From an uncultured Candidatus Saccharibacteria bacterium (lineage in GTDB: Bacteria > Patescibacteriota > Minisyncoccia > Phycocordibacterales > UBA6065), in assembly GCA_964368835.1 (NCBI GenBank), contig CAYJCZ010000002.1, forward strand, positions 83,893 through 147,892: a stretch of DNA of 64,000 nucleotides, written 5' to 3'. Made by a program: the position numbers and the translations under genes. Position 1 is the first letter of the stretch. Every line of letters begins with the position of its first letter. The notes below the pieces were generated by a model. The model saw only the letters and a program-made list of their open reading frames with translations. It ran no database searches and had not been told where the DNA came from. This document shows, one piece after another, positions 18,601-22,919 of this stretch.

Positions 18601-19701
18601 CCAGTATCAAACGGAGGTTCAGCGCTTACAGATTATGTTATTGAATACAAGCTAACGAGCGGTGGTACATGGTCAGTATTCTCTGATGGTATCAGCACAA
18701 CGCCAGCAACAACTGTCACAAGTTTGTCGAATGACAATTCGTATGACTTCAGAATTTATGCAAAAAATATAATTGGAACAAGCACAGCTTCTACTGAGGT
18801 TAGTGCAACTCCTGGAGCACCGGCTCAGGTCTTGATCCAGAGCTTCTCTAATTTGCTCACTCCAACAATTGCAACTAATGTTCGAATAACAAACGAAGGT
18901 TCTACTGCTTACGAATATCAGTACACATGGTGTATCACTGACTCAGCAATAAATCTTTGCGGTGGTGGCGACGATGTGTTTAGTTCAACAGCTGCAAAAT
19001 TGATTCAGTCTGGTGAAGATTTTGACACCACACTCAATTCTACTGTTGCGCTTGCAGGAAATTATTATTTCCACATTAACGCGCTCTTCGGTTCAGATTC
19101 ATCAAGTGCAAATCAGTCATTTACCGCTGTTTCAAGTGGAGCAACTGAACCTGACGCACCAACAATTGGAACTGCAACTGCAGGTAATGGTGAGGCAACA
19201 ATTACATTCACCGCACCGGTATCTGATGGCGGATCAGTAATTACGTACTACACGGTTTCATCAAATACAGGAGGATTCATAGCATACGGAGCTTCTTCTC
19301 CAATCACAATCACCGGACTAACAAACGGCCAGGCATATACATTCACAGTGACCGCAACTAACGCGATCGGTACGAGTACGGTATCTAGCGCGACGAATTC
19401 AGTAACACCAACCGCATCAGTGACATCTGGAGGAGGCGGAGGTGGGGGCGGAGGCGGGGGTGGAGGAGGCGGATCTCCAGCGCCTGTGGTAACAAATAAT
19501 GAGTGTGTTGGAGCTGACTTCAACCATGACGGAAAAGTGAACTCAGTAGACTTCTCAATCATGCTTGCATTCTGGAAGTCATACGCGCCTGCAAAAAATG
19601 GGTGCGTGGATGCAAATAAAGACAAGCAGGTAAACTCAGTAGACTTCTCAATCTTGCTCTACCAGTGGGGCAAGAATCCTGCATTATTTAAAAGAGAATA
19701 A
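3622..19701 (+). CDS. giant secreted surface protein (5,359 aa): signal peptide, acidic T/P/E-rich region, about 50 Gly-rich GLUG-like repeats, 14 fibronectin type III domains, poly-Gly linker, C-terminal dockerin
   Basis: Single uninterrupted ORF. N-terminal signal/TM region RIIFFLGTIIILCGFFSTVSA. Repeating unit GG(L/V)VGxNxGxIxNSYxTGxVTxxGGxGG...GGAGGAG (GLUG-motif-like). 14 Fn3 repeats of about 92 aa (PATVPDAPTIGTATGGNGQATITF...LTGLTNGQAYTFTVTATN). A run of 16 Gly. C-terminal DFNHDGKVNSVDFSIML / DANKDKQVNSVDFSILL duplicated calcium-binding dockerin segments. Confidence 0.9.
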   Translation: MHFSRHLKRIIFFLGTIIILCGFFSTVSAEEITPAATEAAPSVSEVTVPSTDTAPVIEADPAPVLENITEPTTDEIVSAEVTTEEVQPEEVTPETTTPDVPVVTEEESNASPESENEANQIPVEEVLSTQESNATSSESQQLPATTTTPTGDVSNLPTPSVSDIVIEPVSEIVATSTPTSTPEVVEVVPQTSTSTAPTITEEFANNIKTVTVSSTPEQDLIAPMVNVPVKTKISEIFKVGQEDQIKIKWQNNGYEEMSFVATDEDGNGYIDHVAWIVPHLSTQTFEIILISNALRLDENKNVLEDIFSGVGTLDQTYVSLLNGQYIRATFERSLTSANDITIYARPTDSNTPATIEVYTQDGTLVATFSSIDHDGRYRILLSGLATTTDVFDLKIIGNVDVDYVTDPPANAYWVGGTGNWSDAANHWAITSNGAPGAGNLPDATTNVFFDSSSGAASTIVTIDTAATVGSFTISGYTGTISQNDDLTITNSGGQTGNYSQTSAATFTAIDPGTNTLTVTGSFAVTAGTFRRYTGIGNSADPFLVFDVYGLQGMKTNLSSSYKLNNDIDASVTSGWSSGAGFDPVGNVTTTFSGIFDGNNFSISNLYISTTTSSYVGLFGYSTNLVKNVTLSGVSITATSTAGTVGSTGANGTDGAATSNGVAGGAGTAGSALYLGGLVGYNTGTITNVAVTGNILGTGGAGGAGGNGGNGGNITTGTNTGGAGGAAASNAAATGGLAYVGGVVGYSQQGSITTATSSATVTGVGGAGGASGNAGNGGNGSTAGVGTGIGGAGGAAGLPGAGNIAYVGGVVGWLNAGTIDVSYATGNVTARGGAGGNAGTSGTGGNAGVGGGGANIGGIGGAGAAGGAAGTAYAGGLVGNNSGTIENGSYATGIVQSAGGVAGNASAGSAGGASAAASVATAASGATATGGAGGAGAIAYAGGLVGQNNTPGFIDGSIANVYSTGAVTATGSAGKNGAAGGAGGSASLTTTGTGGVGGAAGAGGAGGAAYSGGLVGINLGSIITANSTVGLVTVVGGDAGVGGTGGSGGTKGSAGTSGAGGASGAGGSAAVVASYAGGLIGSNAGTVRYASSTNAVTGTAGAGGAGGAGVAAQTGLAGLAGGTGGAAGILYIGGVAGNNTLAIVDSYHTTGNITGTAGVGGAAGAGGAGGAWTGGTQGAAGTANTGGIIYAGGVVGNNTGTSLLNVYSTVDVTGTSGAGGAGANGGNGYTFTTGVAGVVGSVGATGGIAYVGGVVGYVNNGEISNSYSTGAVTANGGVGGAGGNGGNGGAGTSNTGGAGAAGAAGGAGGAAFGGGVAGQIILGTVTGSYNTGDIIVTAGAGGAAGNGGTGGVGGTNFAGGVGATAGAGGAGGVATAGGVAGQSAGVIQSTSYSTGDVTATAGTAQVGGIGGTGGASVGTFVGAAAVGGAGGTGGAGAIAYAAGIVGNNTNSIINSYASGTILATASAGAAGGAAGLGGSNASGGASSTGAAGATGGAGGAGAVAYAAGIAGLNTASLTNTYIETGSVTSVGGNGGAGIIGGAAGVAGTGALGAAGGTGGASGVGAIGYAGGIVALNSAGNVNDSHADIAVSATGGSSGAAGAGGAGGAGAAGGVGGAGVVGAAGYAGGLIGMNTGSIHDSYASGDTTAIGGAAGANGGGGTGGNRATSAGGAGGAAGATATNIGGVGYAGGLVGFNSTNGNVQNSYAVGDVSATGGAGTNGAAGANGGTSTGAFTGGTGIAGGVGTAGGVASAGGLIGFNIGAIASDSYASGNVSAVGGAGGLGANGGNGGASGAGIVGVAGVTGGTGGAGGASYAGGVNGSNTAIGVTITIPNTTGTVASTGGAGGNGGTGGNGGAGGSTTGAIGGAGGAAGAGGAGGLAASGGVAGLSSAGVIRDLTYAITTVTATGGAAGVGGVGGDAGASGNISGSAGATAGAGGNGGAGGAVYLGGLVGDNTGVIENVIVTGSLSATGSNGGVGNVGGVGGSGSLGTGGHAGGIGGAGATGGAGGAMYVGGLVGQGNGNISNSRATGGTITVTGANGAVGGAGSAGGAGGSGSGKNGVGGAGGTGGAIGPVYAGGAIGFNSVASVLIDTVYSTNNVTVTAGTAGNGGAGVVGANGAAGSIGGAGGAGGAVGLAVYAGGLEGYNSGAGHTIKDSYATGNITVTGGNGGVGQVGGAGANAISAVAGGAGATGGAGGAGGFAYGGGLAGFTNTTVLISGSHANGNVTVTAGNGGNAGNGGAGATGGAAQVGGAGGAGGAAGLGGASYAGGLVGLVNSGNISHAYSTGVIAGTSGNGGNSGAGGAGGAGGSGVVGTIGTVGTVGASGGVNYTGGLVGDNTSHVLNSYHIVGAVTATSGNGGIGGAGGAGGASGTITNGTAVAGAAGAAGGVGGALSVGGLVGRNGVTALSASITSSYATTSVTAIGGNGGDGGAGGNAGNGAAGTNHIGGAGGAAGAGGAAAITLAAAVQAGGLVGQNVLGTISASYAETGTVTATGGTGGAAASGGTGGAGTGTAIYGVGGAGAAGGAGGAVYAGGLVGYTTGVVEDVSYSKTTLDVTGGNGANGSDGLTAAANSGAAGSVPGAGGASGIVYAGGLAGYATADVISSYASYDAGSGKGNITVTGGTPGNGGNAGNGGSGLAAGGAGGAGGVGTLGIGGAASGAYVGGLLGFGSGVITSSYSTTLSISGNEHAGGTGGTGGVGGSGGTGIGAFNGGVGSVGGAGGAGGIRAYGGLIGDFISTIGTIQGFSYSTVNISVTGGNGGNGGQGGVGGTSGASQSSGTAAAAGVGGVGGAGAPTYGGGLIGRITGTTQIMRVSNSSATGDVSVVGGNGGNGGAGGVGGNGSTGSATHTGAAGGLGGVAGVGGEADAGGLVGLSNLTSGSIDYLSVFTTGTVSATGGNAGTAGTGGVGGASATGAAGGAGGGAVASAAGGAAYAGGLMGIHRVTITPAGSGIINSYATGAVSATGGIGSTGNTGGAAGVAGTIGGAGGAGGASGIGGEADAGGLVGLTSVTTGFIHYLNSYSTTGSVTATGGASGNGGNAGASTAGGTGAGGATGASGASSAGGAAYAGGLIAQTSATASNNLLITTSYSTREVNAVGGASGNGANGVVGGAGGTSSIGGVGGAGGATGAGGAAYAGGLIGSNGTAAGAGGGTIEDNSYASGIVNSTSGNVGTAGTGAAAGASNSGTGTTAATGGVGGAAGAGGASFAGGLIANNGATGVVLNSYATGAVTSLARNGGVGGLGGNGGDASASTGIGGTGGAGGAAGAGGASYSGGLVANNVNVLNTITTSYSTSPTVTGTSGNGGVGGTGGDGGTPGTAVAGGAAGAGGAAGAGGVLYTGGLIGFNNGTVQTFSYTRANVTGTAGAGGAGGIGGNGANGAAGTSGAGANGGVGGAGTAGGAGGIGYGGGFVGWHNTSRTISDSFATGSLTLLGGAGGAGGVGGNGGNGGAGASAGTGGIGGAAGASGAGTVGGVKYGGGFAGYNLGTINTAYSLGSVSVTGASGGVGGNGGNGGDGGNGGPTGAGGAGGAQGATAAGGAGGALHAGGLVGYNFTAGIFSNSWTAGTVVTVGGAGGNGGVRGTSGTGGNGGTGAGGAGGAGIAGGAGGAGGASNAGGLVGSNITSGSFSNSYASTTVTMTGGVGGNGGVGGKGGNGGVGGSAGNGGAGSVGLVGGVGGVGGAVTGGGLVGDNTGIITNAYSLGNVTATAGTSGTGGTGGAGGNGGAAGGASAGANGNGANGGAGGAGANAFSGGLLGSHATSLVSNTYSVGVPVATRTSGAAGGAAGAAGTGGTGGSAGSSGAAGASSALERAGGIVGNPVSGTWASSYWDRTTSGKTDGAGNATTPTNTTGKLTSEMKEQATFTSWDFTTLPIWKIAEASTYPYFNYQVAPDAPTSVVAVAGNGEATITFIPPASTGGGPILSYTVTSSPGGFTAIGGSSPITITGLTNGVTYTFTVTATNAYGTSISSGTSNSVTPATVPDAPTIGTATRGNGEATITFTPPVSNGGSAITYYTVSSNTGGFVAYGGSSPITITGLTNGQAYTFTVTATNAVGTSTLSATTNSVTPATVPDAPTIGTATGGNGQATITFTAPVSNGGSAITYYTVTSNTGGFTTYGASSPLIVTGLTNGQAYTFTVTATNDVGTSTVSSATNSITPATVPDAPTIGTATGGNGQATITFSAPVSNGGSVITYYTVSSNTGGFTTYGASSPLVVTGLTNGQAYTFTVTATNAAGTSTASVATNSVTPATVPDAPTTVSAVRGNGEATITFSAPSSNGGSAITYYTVTSNVGGLTTYGASSPLVVTGLTNGQAYTFTVTATNAVGTSTASVASNSISPATVPDAPTIGTATAGNGEATITFTPGASDGYSSVLYYTVSSNVGGFVVYGGASPIIVTGLTNGSTYNFTVTATNAVGTSSASVATNSVTPVTNPGAPTGVSAVSGNGEATITFTAPVSNGGSAITYYTVSSNVGGFVAYGGSSPITLTGLTNGTTYTFTVTATNAFGTSTASATSNSVVPATVPNAPTIGTATGGNGQATITFSAPVSNGGSAITYYTVSSNTGGFVAYGGSSPITLTGLTNGQAYTFTVTATNAAGTSTASSATNSVTPATVPDAPTSVSAVRGNGEATITFTAPVSNGGSTITNYVVTSNTGLTATGGSSPITLTGLTNGTTYTFTVAAVNAVGTSTPSATTNSITPATTPDAPTIGTATGGNGQATITFTAPVSNGGSAITYYTVSSNTGGFVAYGGSSPITITGLTNGQAYTFTVTATNDVGTSTASVATNSITPATTPDAPTIGTATAGNGQATITFSAPVSNGGSAITYYAVTSNTGITAYGGTSPITVTGLTNGVAYTFTVTATNAIGTSTASVATNSVTPATVPDAPTNVAASIGDTTAGITFSAPANNGSAITYYTVTSNTGGHSTTTYSTSATMTGLTNGVTYTFTVTATNAIGTSTASGTSNGITPATVPGVPLNLAATVGDSSIDLSWSAPVSNGGSALTDYVIEYKLTSGGTWSVFSDGISTTPATTVTSLSNDNSYDFRIYAKNIIGTSTASTEVSATPGAPAQVLIQSFSNLLTPTIATNVRITNEGSTAYEYQYTWCITDSAINLCGGGDDVFSSTAAKLIQSGEDFDTTLNSTVALAGNYYFHINALFGSDSSSANQSFTAVSSGATEPDAPTIGTATAGNGEATITFTAPVSDGGSVITYYTVSSNTGGFIAYGASSPITITGLTNGQAYTFTVTATNAIGTSTVSSATNSVTPTASVTSGGGGGGGGGGGGGGGSPAPVVTNNECVGADFNHDGKVNSVDFSIMLAFWKSYAPAKNGCVDANKDKQVNSVDFSILLYQWGKNPALFKRE
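5540..15110 (+). repeat. tandem coding repeats (about 190 nt period) encoding Gly/Ala-rich GLUG-like modules
   Basis: About 50 successive, diverged copies of the GGLVGxNxG...GGAGGAGG module visible in the translation. The GGN-rich DNA generates many spurious antisense ORFs. Confidence 0.8.
15290..19420 (+). repeat. tandem 276-bp coding repeats encoding 14 Fn3 domains (array interrupted by a unique domain at about 18800-19140)
   Basis: Near-identical nucleotide repeats (for example ...ggtcttacaaacggccaggcatacacatttac...) that translate to Fn3-like 92-aa units. Confidence 0.85.
19428..19475 (+). repeat. (GGN)16 tract encoding a poly-Gly16 linker
   Basis: gga gga ggc gga ggt ggg ... ggc gga; the linker sits between the last Fn3 domain and the dockerin. 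Confidence 0.9.
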
Positions 19702-19703
19702 TT

Positions 19704-20312
19704 ATGACTAAAACAACAGTATCCTATTTTGCGGCAGCGATGTTACTCCTATTCATCCCAGGCCTTCCAAAGGGCTTGTTTGCAGCCGAATTGTCTTTTG
19801 AGCCAATTTTGAGTGCGGGTAGTAGTACACCTACGGTAATTGAGGTTCGAATTGATCCCCAGGCAAAGAGATTAAATGTTGTTGAGGGTGTAATACGATT
19901 TTCCGGCGAGCCATCAGATGATTTATTTGTCGAGGTAGAGAATGGTCAATCGATTTTGCCCATCTGGCCAACTCCACCGCAGTACAATAAAGACAAGAAA
20001 TCTATAAGTTTTACCGGTGGAATTCCTAATGGTTTTGATTCTCCCGGCTTACTTTTTAGAGTGCGTATTTCTTCGGCTGTTTCTGGCGATGTGACTGTTT
20101 CGTATAGTGATGGGAATGCGTACCTAAATGACGGAAAGGGAACGACGGAGGCTGTGGACTCTAAGCCGATCACAGTACATGTTGATAAGACGTTAGAAAA
20201 TGCTAAAACCAAGCCTTCATCTGGTTATGGTACATATGTTATAATTCTTCTATCAATTTTGGTCGTTCTTATAGTTATTTTCAAATATGGCTTTAAAAAA
20301 AATGACAAGTAG
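19704..20312 (+). CDS. membrane-anchored cohesin-like domain protein 1 (signal peptide, cohesin-like beta-sandwich, C-terminal TM anchor)
   Basis: Starts 3 nt after the giant gene stop. Signal peptide AAAMLLLFIPGLPKGLFAAE. The domain contains VRID...KRLNVVEGVIRFSGEPSDDLFVEVENGQSIL...SISFTGGIPNGF...LLFRVRISSAVSGDVTVSY, a cohesin-type pattern (F..D.L.V....G / GGIP / FkV.a..G...i.f). C-terminal helix YVIILLSILVVLIVIF followed by KYGFKKNDK. Confidence 0.65.
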   Translation: MTKTTVSYFAAAMLLLFIPGLPKGLFAAELSFEPILSAGSSTPTVIEVRIDPQAKRLNVVEGVIRFSGEPSDDLFVEVENGQSILPIWPTPPQYNKDKKSISFTGGIPNGFDSPGLLFRVRISSAVSGDVTVSYSDGNAYLNDGKGTTEAVDSKPITVHVDKTLENAKTKPSSGYGTYVIILLSILVVLIVIFKYGFKKNDK

Positions 20313-21771
20313 CAGGGCAGTACGGCGAATATTCCTATTCGCAGTCGTCATTTTCTTTCTAGCATCTCGTGGCGCTAGCGCAGCAACGTTGCAGATCAAT
20401 TCCGATTCGACAACACTATCGCCAGGAAGCATCACGATGCTATCTGTGATCCTAAACTCCGAAGGTGTTGCTATAAATAACGCCGAAGCAAAAATTATAT
20501 TTCCGAGAGACTTGTTGGAGGTAGTTTCGATAAATAAAAACGGTTCGATATTTTCATTGTGGGTAGAAGAACCAACATACTCAAACTCTACGGGTGTAAT
20601 TAACTTTAACGGAGGCATTCCAACACCTGGCTACACTGGTTCATTTGGCTCTGTAGTGACTATCGTGGTTAAGGCTAAAGCAGCAGGCAAGGCAGACCTT
20701 ATTTTTGCTGATGCAGCTGTTCGTGCCAATGATGGCTCAGGAACTGATGTGTTGACGAGCAAGCAGGGTAGGAGCCTCAGTGTGATTCAAAGCGAGCAGC
20801 CTGTTACTCCAACTGTTGTGCCGGTGAATTCAACTAATCTGGCGTTGCAAATAACGTCTCCAACTCACGGAAATCAAGATTTCTGGTATAAGGATACAGA
20901 TCCAATATTTCGATGGAATGTTCCAGCCGGCGCTGATGCTATTCAGACAACTATAGATAGTAATACCAAGGGCGTACCGCACGTCACTTATATTCCTACA
21001 ATCAAGGAGAAATCTGTGAAAGATTTGGAGGATGGAATCTGGTATTTCAAGGTGCGTGCTAGCCGTGGTGAAGAGTGGGGACCAATCGCTACGTATGTTA
21101 CTAGGATCGATAACACTATCCCAAAGATTAATAATGTCGCTTTCTCATATGATGACGACAAAAAGATACTCAACATCAAAGCAGACGTCATAGATGAAAC
21201 CTCTGGGCTAGATTACTATAATGTCTATGTAAACGATCTCTTGGTTAAGAAGGTTCTTGCTGCAGAATTTACTAACGGTAATTACGGTCTTGCTTTCAAT
21301 CGACCGGGTGACAATACCGTAAAATTGGTTGCAGTGGATCGTGCTGGCAACAGCGACGAAGCAACTGGTGCTTTCAAGGCATCTCCAATGTTAAACCAGG
21401 TATCTGAAGCATCAAAGGCACCAGCTAAAAGCGAATTATTAATTTCTATTGGCTCGTTTGCTATTCCAGCTCTGTATCTAGGAATAATAATTCTCTGTGG
21501 AATCTTTATTATATTTATTGGAGCGTTTAGGCTCGGGAATCATTACAGCAGGCTTCGTGGCAAATTGAAAACACGCACTGCTCTCGTACAGGGCGATAAT
21601 CTAAAGGTGCTTCTGTTATTAAAGAAGCGTCTTGAAAAGCATCTCGAGATACTGCAGCAGACACGACATAGCAGAGTTCTCTCAAAGGAAGAAAAAGATA
21701 TTAAGGAAGCAATTGAAGTGGATTTGGATGAAGTTGACCGAGCTATAGAGGAACAGAGTAGTTTGTCTTAG
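20287..21771 (+). CDS. membrane-anchored cohesin-like domain protein 2 (signal peptide, cohesin-like domain, Ig-like middle region, TM helix, cytoplasmic coiled-coil tail)
   Basis: Signal peptide RIFLFAVVIFFLASRGASA. The domain LQINSDSTTLSPGSITMLSVILNSEGVAINNAEAKIIFPRDLLEVVSINKNGSIF...VINFNGGIPTPGYTGSFGSVVTIVVKAKAAGKADLIF matches the cohesin pattern (YD..LEvvsi) and is paralogous to the upstream protein. TM helix LLISIGSFAIPALYLGIIILCGIFIIFIGAF, then a charged tail. The gene overlaps the upstream gene by 26 nt; the alternative start at 20302 lies in frame 15 nt downstream. Confidence 0.65.
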   Translation: MALKKMTSSRAVRRIFLFAVVIFFLASRGASAATLQINSDSTTLSPGSITMLSVILNSEGVAINNAEAKIIFPRDLLEVVSINKNGSIFSLWVEEPTYSNSTGVINFNGGIPTPGYTGSFGSVVTIVVKAKAAGKADLIFADAAVRANDGSGTDVLTSKQGRSLSVIQSEQPVTPTVVPVNSTNLALQITSPTHGNQDFWYKDTDPIFRWNVPAGADAIQTTIDSNTKGVPHVTYIPTIKEKSVKDLEDGIWYFKVRASRGEEWGPIATYVTRIDNTIPKINNVAFSYDDDKKILNIKADVIDETSGLDYYNVYVNDLLVKKVLAAEFTNGNYGLAFNRPGDNTVKLVAVDRAGNSDEATGAFKASPMLNQVSEASKAPAKSELLISIGSFAIPALYLGIIILCGIFIIFIGAFRLGNHYSRLRGKLKTRTALVQGDNLKVLLLLKKRLEKHLEILQQTRHSRVLSKEEKDIKEAIEVDLDEVDRAIEEQSSLS

Positions 21772-22185
21772 TCGATGAAATAAAAAACTGCCCCAAAAGA
21801 GGCAGTAAATAGGAGATAACGTAGGACCGCTGATCAGATATCTTGGGACAGTGGTATTACATATTGTGTCTCAACTTCGGTACCAAAGCATCATAGACTC
21901 CCACTTATTCTATAGAAACCAAGATCCAATCCAGTGCTTCCTGCAGACATGATTTACTATCTTCACTCTACAGATTAGGAAACAACTACCTTGTTCGACG
22001 AACAAAGAACGCAGCCAAATAAGGGTGACGAGCCCAAACTTCTCCGATACGATGGGAGCGTGCCATTACACCAATTTGTTTCTACGTTATCTGGGATGAC
22101 TTTACGCTTTAGAAAGTAAAAGTCAATTGTAAGCATAATCACTTGCGACATTTATAAAACTCGCTAAGCTGTATTTGGTGTCACG

Positions 22186-22410
22186 TGCTGAATGAGCTAC
22201 GGCTCAGTGCGAGTAATACACGGACAACATCTCTTGAACATATGGTTGTTTCAAGATGGTTCGTGTCCCATCAGCTAGTTGGCGGGGTAAATGCCCACCA
22301 AGGCAATGACGGGTAGCCGATTCATTGGATCGGCCGAGGTCAGCAATAATGTATACACCATGGTCCCATCAACACGCGCAACTCCCGGATTAGATACCCG
22401 AGAGCGTTGA
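22186..22410 (+). pseudogene. degenerate 16S rRNA-derived fragment (remnant or pseudogene)
   Basis: GGCTCAG..GTGCGAGTAATACACGG (compare GGGTGAGTAACACGTGG); CAGCTAGTTGGCGGGGTAAATGCCCACCAAGGCAATGACGGGTAGCCGA (compare TAGCTAGTTGGTGAGGTAACGGCTCACCAAGGCAACGATGCGTAGCCGA); CCCGGATTAGATACCCGAG (compare CAGGATTAGATACCCTGG). These align to 16S positions of about 20-300 and about 785 but are compressed into roughly 220 nt, so the gene is not intact. Confidence 0.55.
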
Positions 22411-22458
22411 TGGGACCTTTTATATTTAAGACATTCATTTATATATGCATCGTACAAT

Positions 22459-22893
22459 TTGATAGAATGTATTCCTATGGATATCTCCAAAACTACTATC
22501 ACAACACGAGAGCCCGTTGATTTGCGTAAAGCTTTAATGGCATCGCCCAAGGCACAGGCAGCATGGACGGGCCTTACATCTATTGCTCGTAGAGATTTTA
22601 TAACGTGGATAGAGAGCGCTAAACAAGCCGAGACTCATACTCGTCGAATTGAAAGAACATGTTCGATGCTTGTTAAAGGAAAGCGGCGACCGTGTTGCTA
22701 CGCGGTAGTACCAATGGATATTTATAAAGCGCTTTCAGGCAATGCAAAAGCTAAAGCTTTCTGGAAAACACTTTCACCAGACGAGCGTCGCGATTATGTT
22801 GCCTGGGTAGATGCGGGCACGAAGTCAGAGTCTCGCAAAAAGAGGGCGAGTGATGTTTGTGTAATGCTTGAGGCAAATAAGGCACATCCTTAA
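22459..22893 (+). CDS. YdeI/OmpD-associated (OmdA) family protein
   Basis: Two internal repeats, KAQAAWTGLTSIARRDFITWIESAKQAETHTRRIERTCSML and KAKAFWKTLSPDERRDYVAWVDAGTKSESRKKRASDVCVML, typical of the YdeI/OmdA domain. Confidence 0.6.
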   Translation: MIECIPMDISKTTITTREPVDLRKALMASPKAQAAWTGLTSIARRDFITWIESAKQAETHTRRIERTCSMLVKGKRRPCCYAVVPMDIYKALSGNAKAKAFWKTLSPDERRDYVAWVDAGTKSESRKKRASDVCVMLEANKAHP

Positions 22894-22919
22894 TTTTGAA
22901 AGCATACACATGCTAACGG

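Noticed and set aside
15290-19420. Possible CRISPR array because of regular, near-identical direct repeats
   Set aside because: The repeat unit is 276 bp with no short spacer/repeat alternation and it is in-frame coding sequence for Fn3 domains. There are no cas genes in the window.
4038-19625. Dozens of 60-170-aa ORFs on the minus strand and in alternate plus frames inside the giant gene (for example 5460-5807, 8130-8519, 12897-13391, 13503-14009, 14523-15011, 19248-19625)
   Set aside because: They are Pro/Ala-rich or His/Gln/Leu-rich translations of the antisense or frameshifted GGN-rich repeat DNA (poly-P opposite poly-G). They are shadow ORFs entirely contained in a long, coherent CDS.
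22275-22550. 91-aa minus-strand ORF
   Set aside because: It lies across the 16S-like remnant and the start of the YdeI-family gene; it is most likely a spurious ORF in rRNA-derived sequence.
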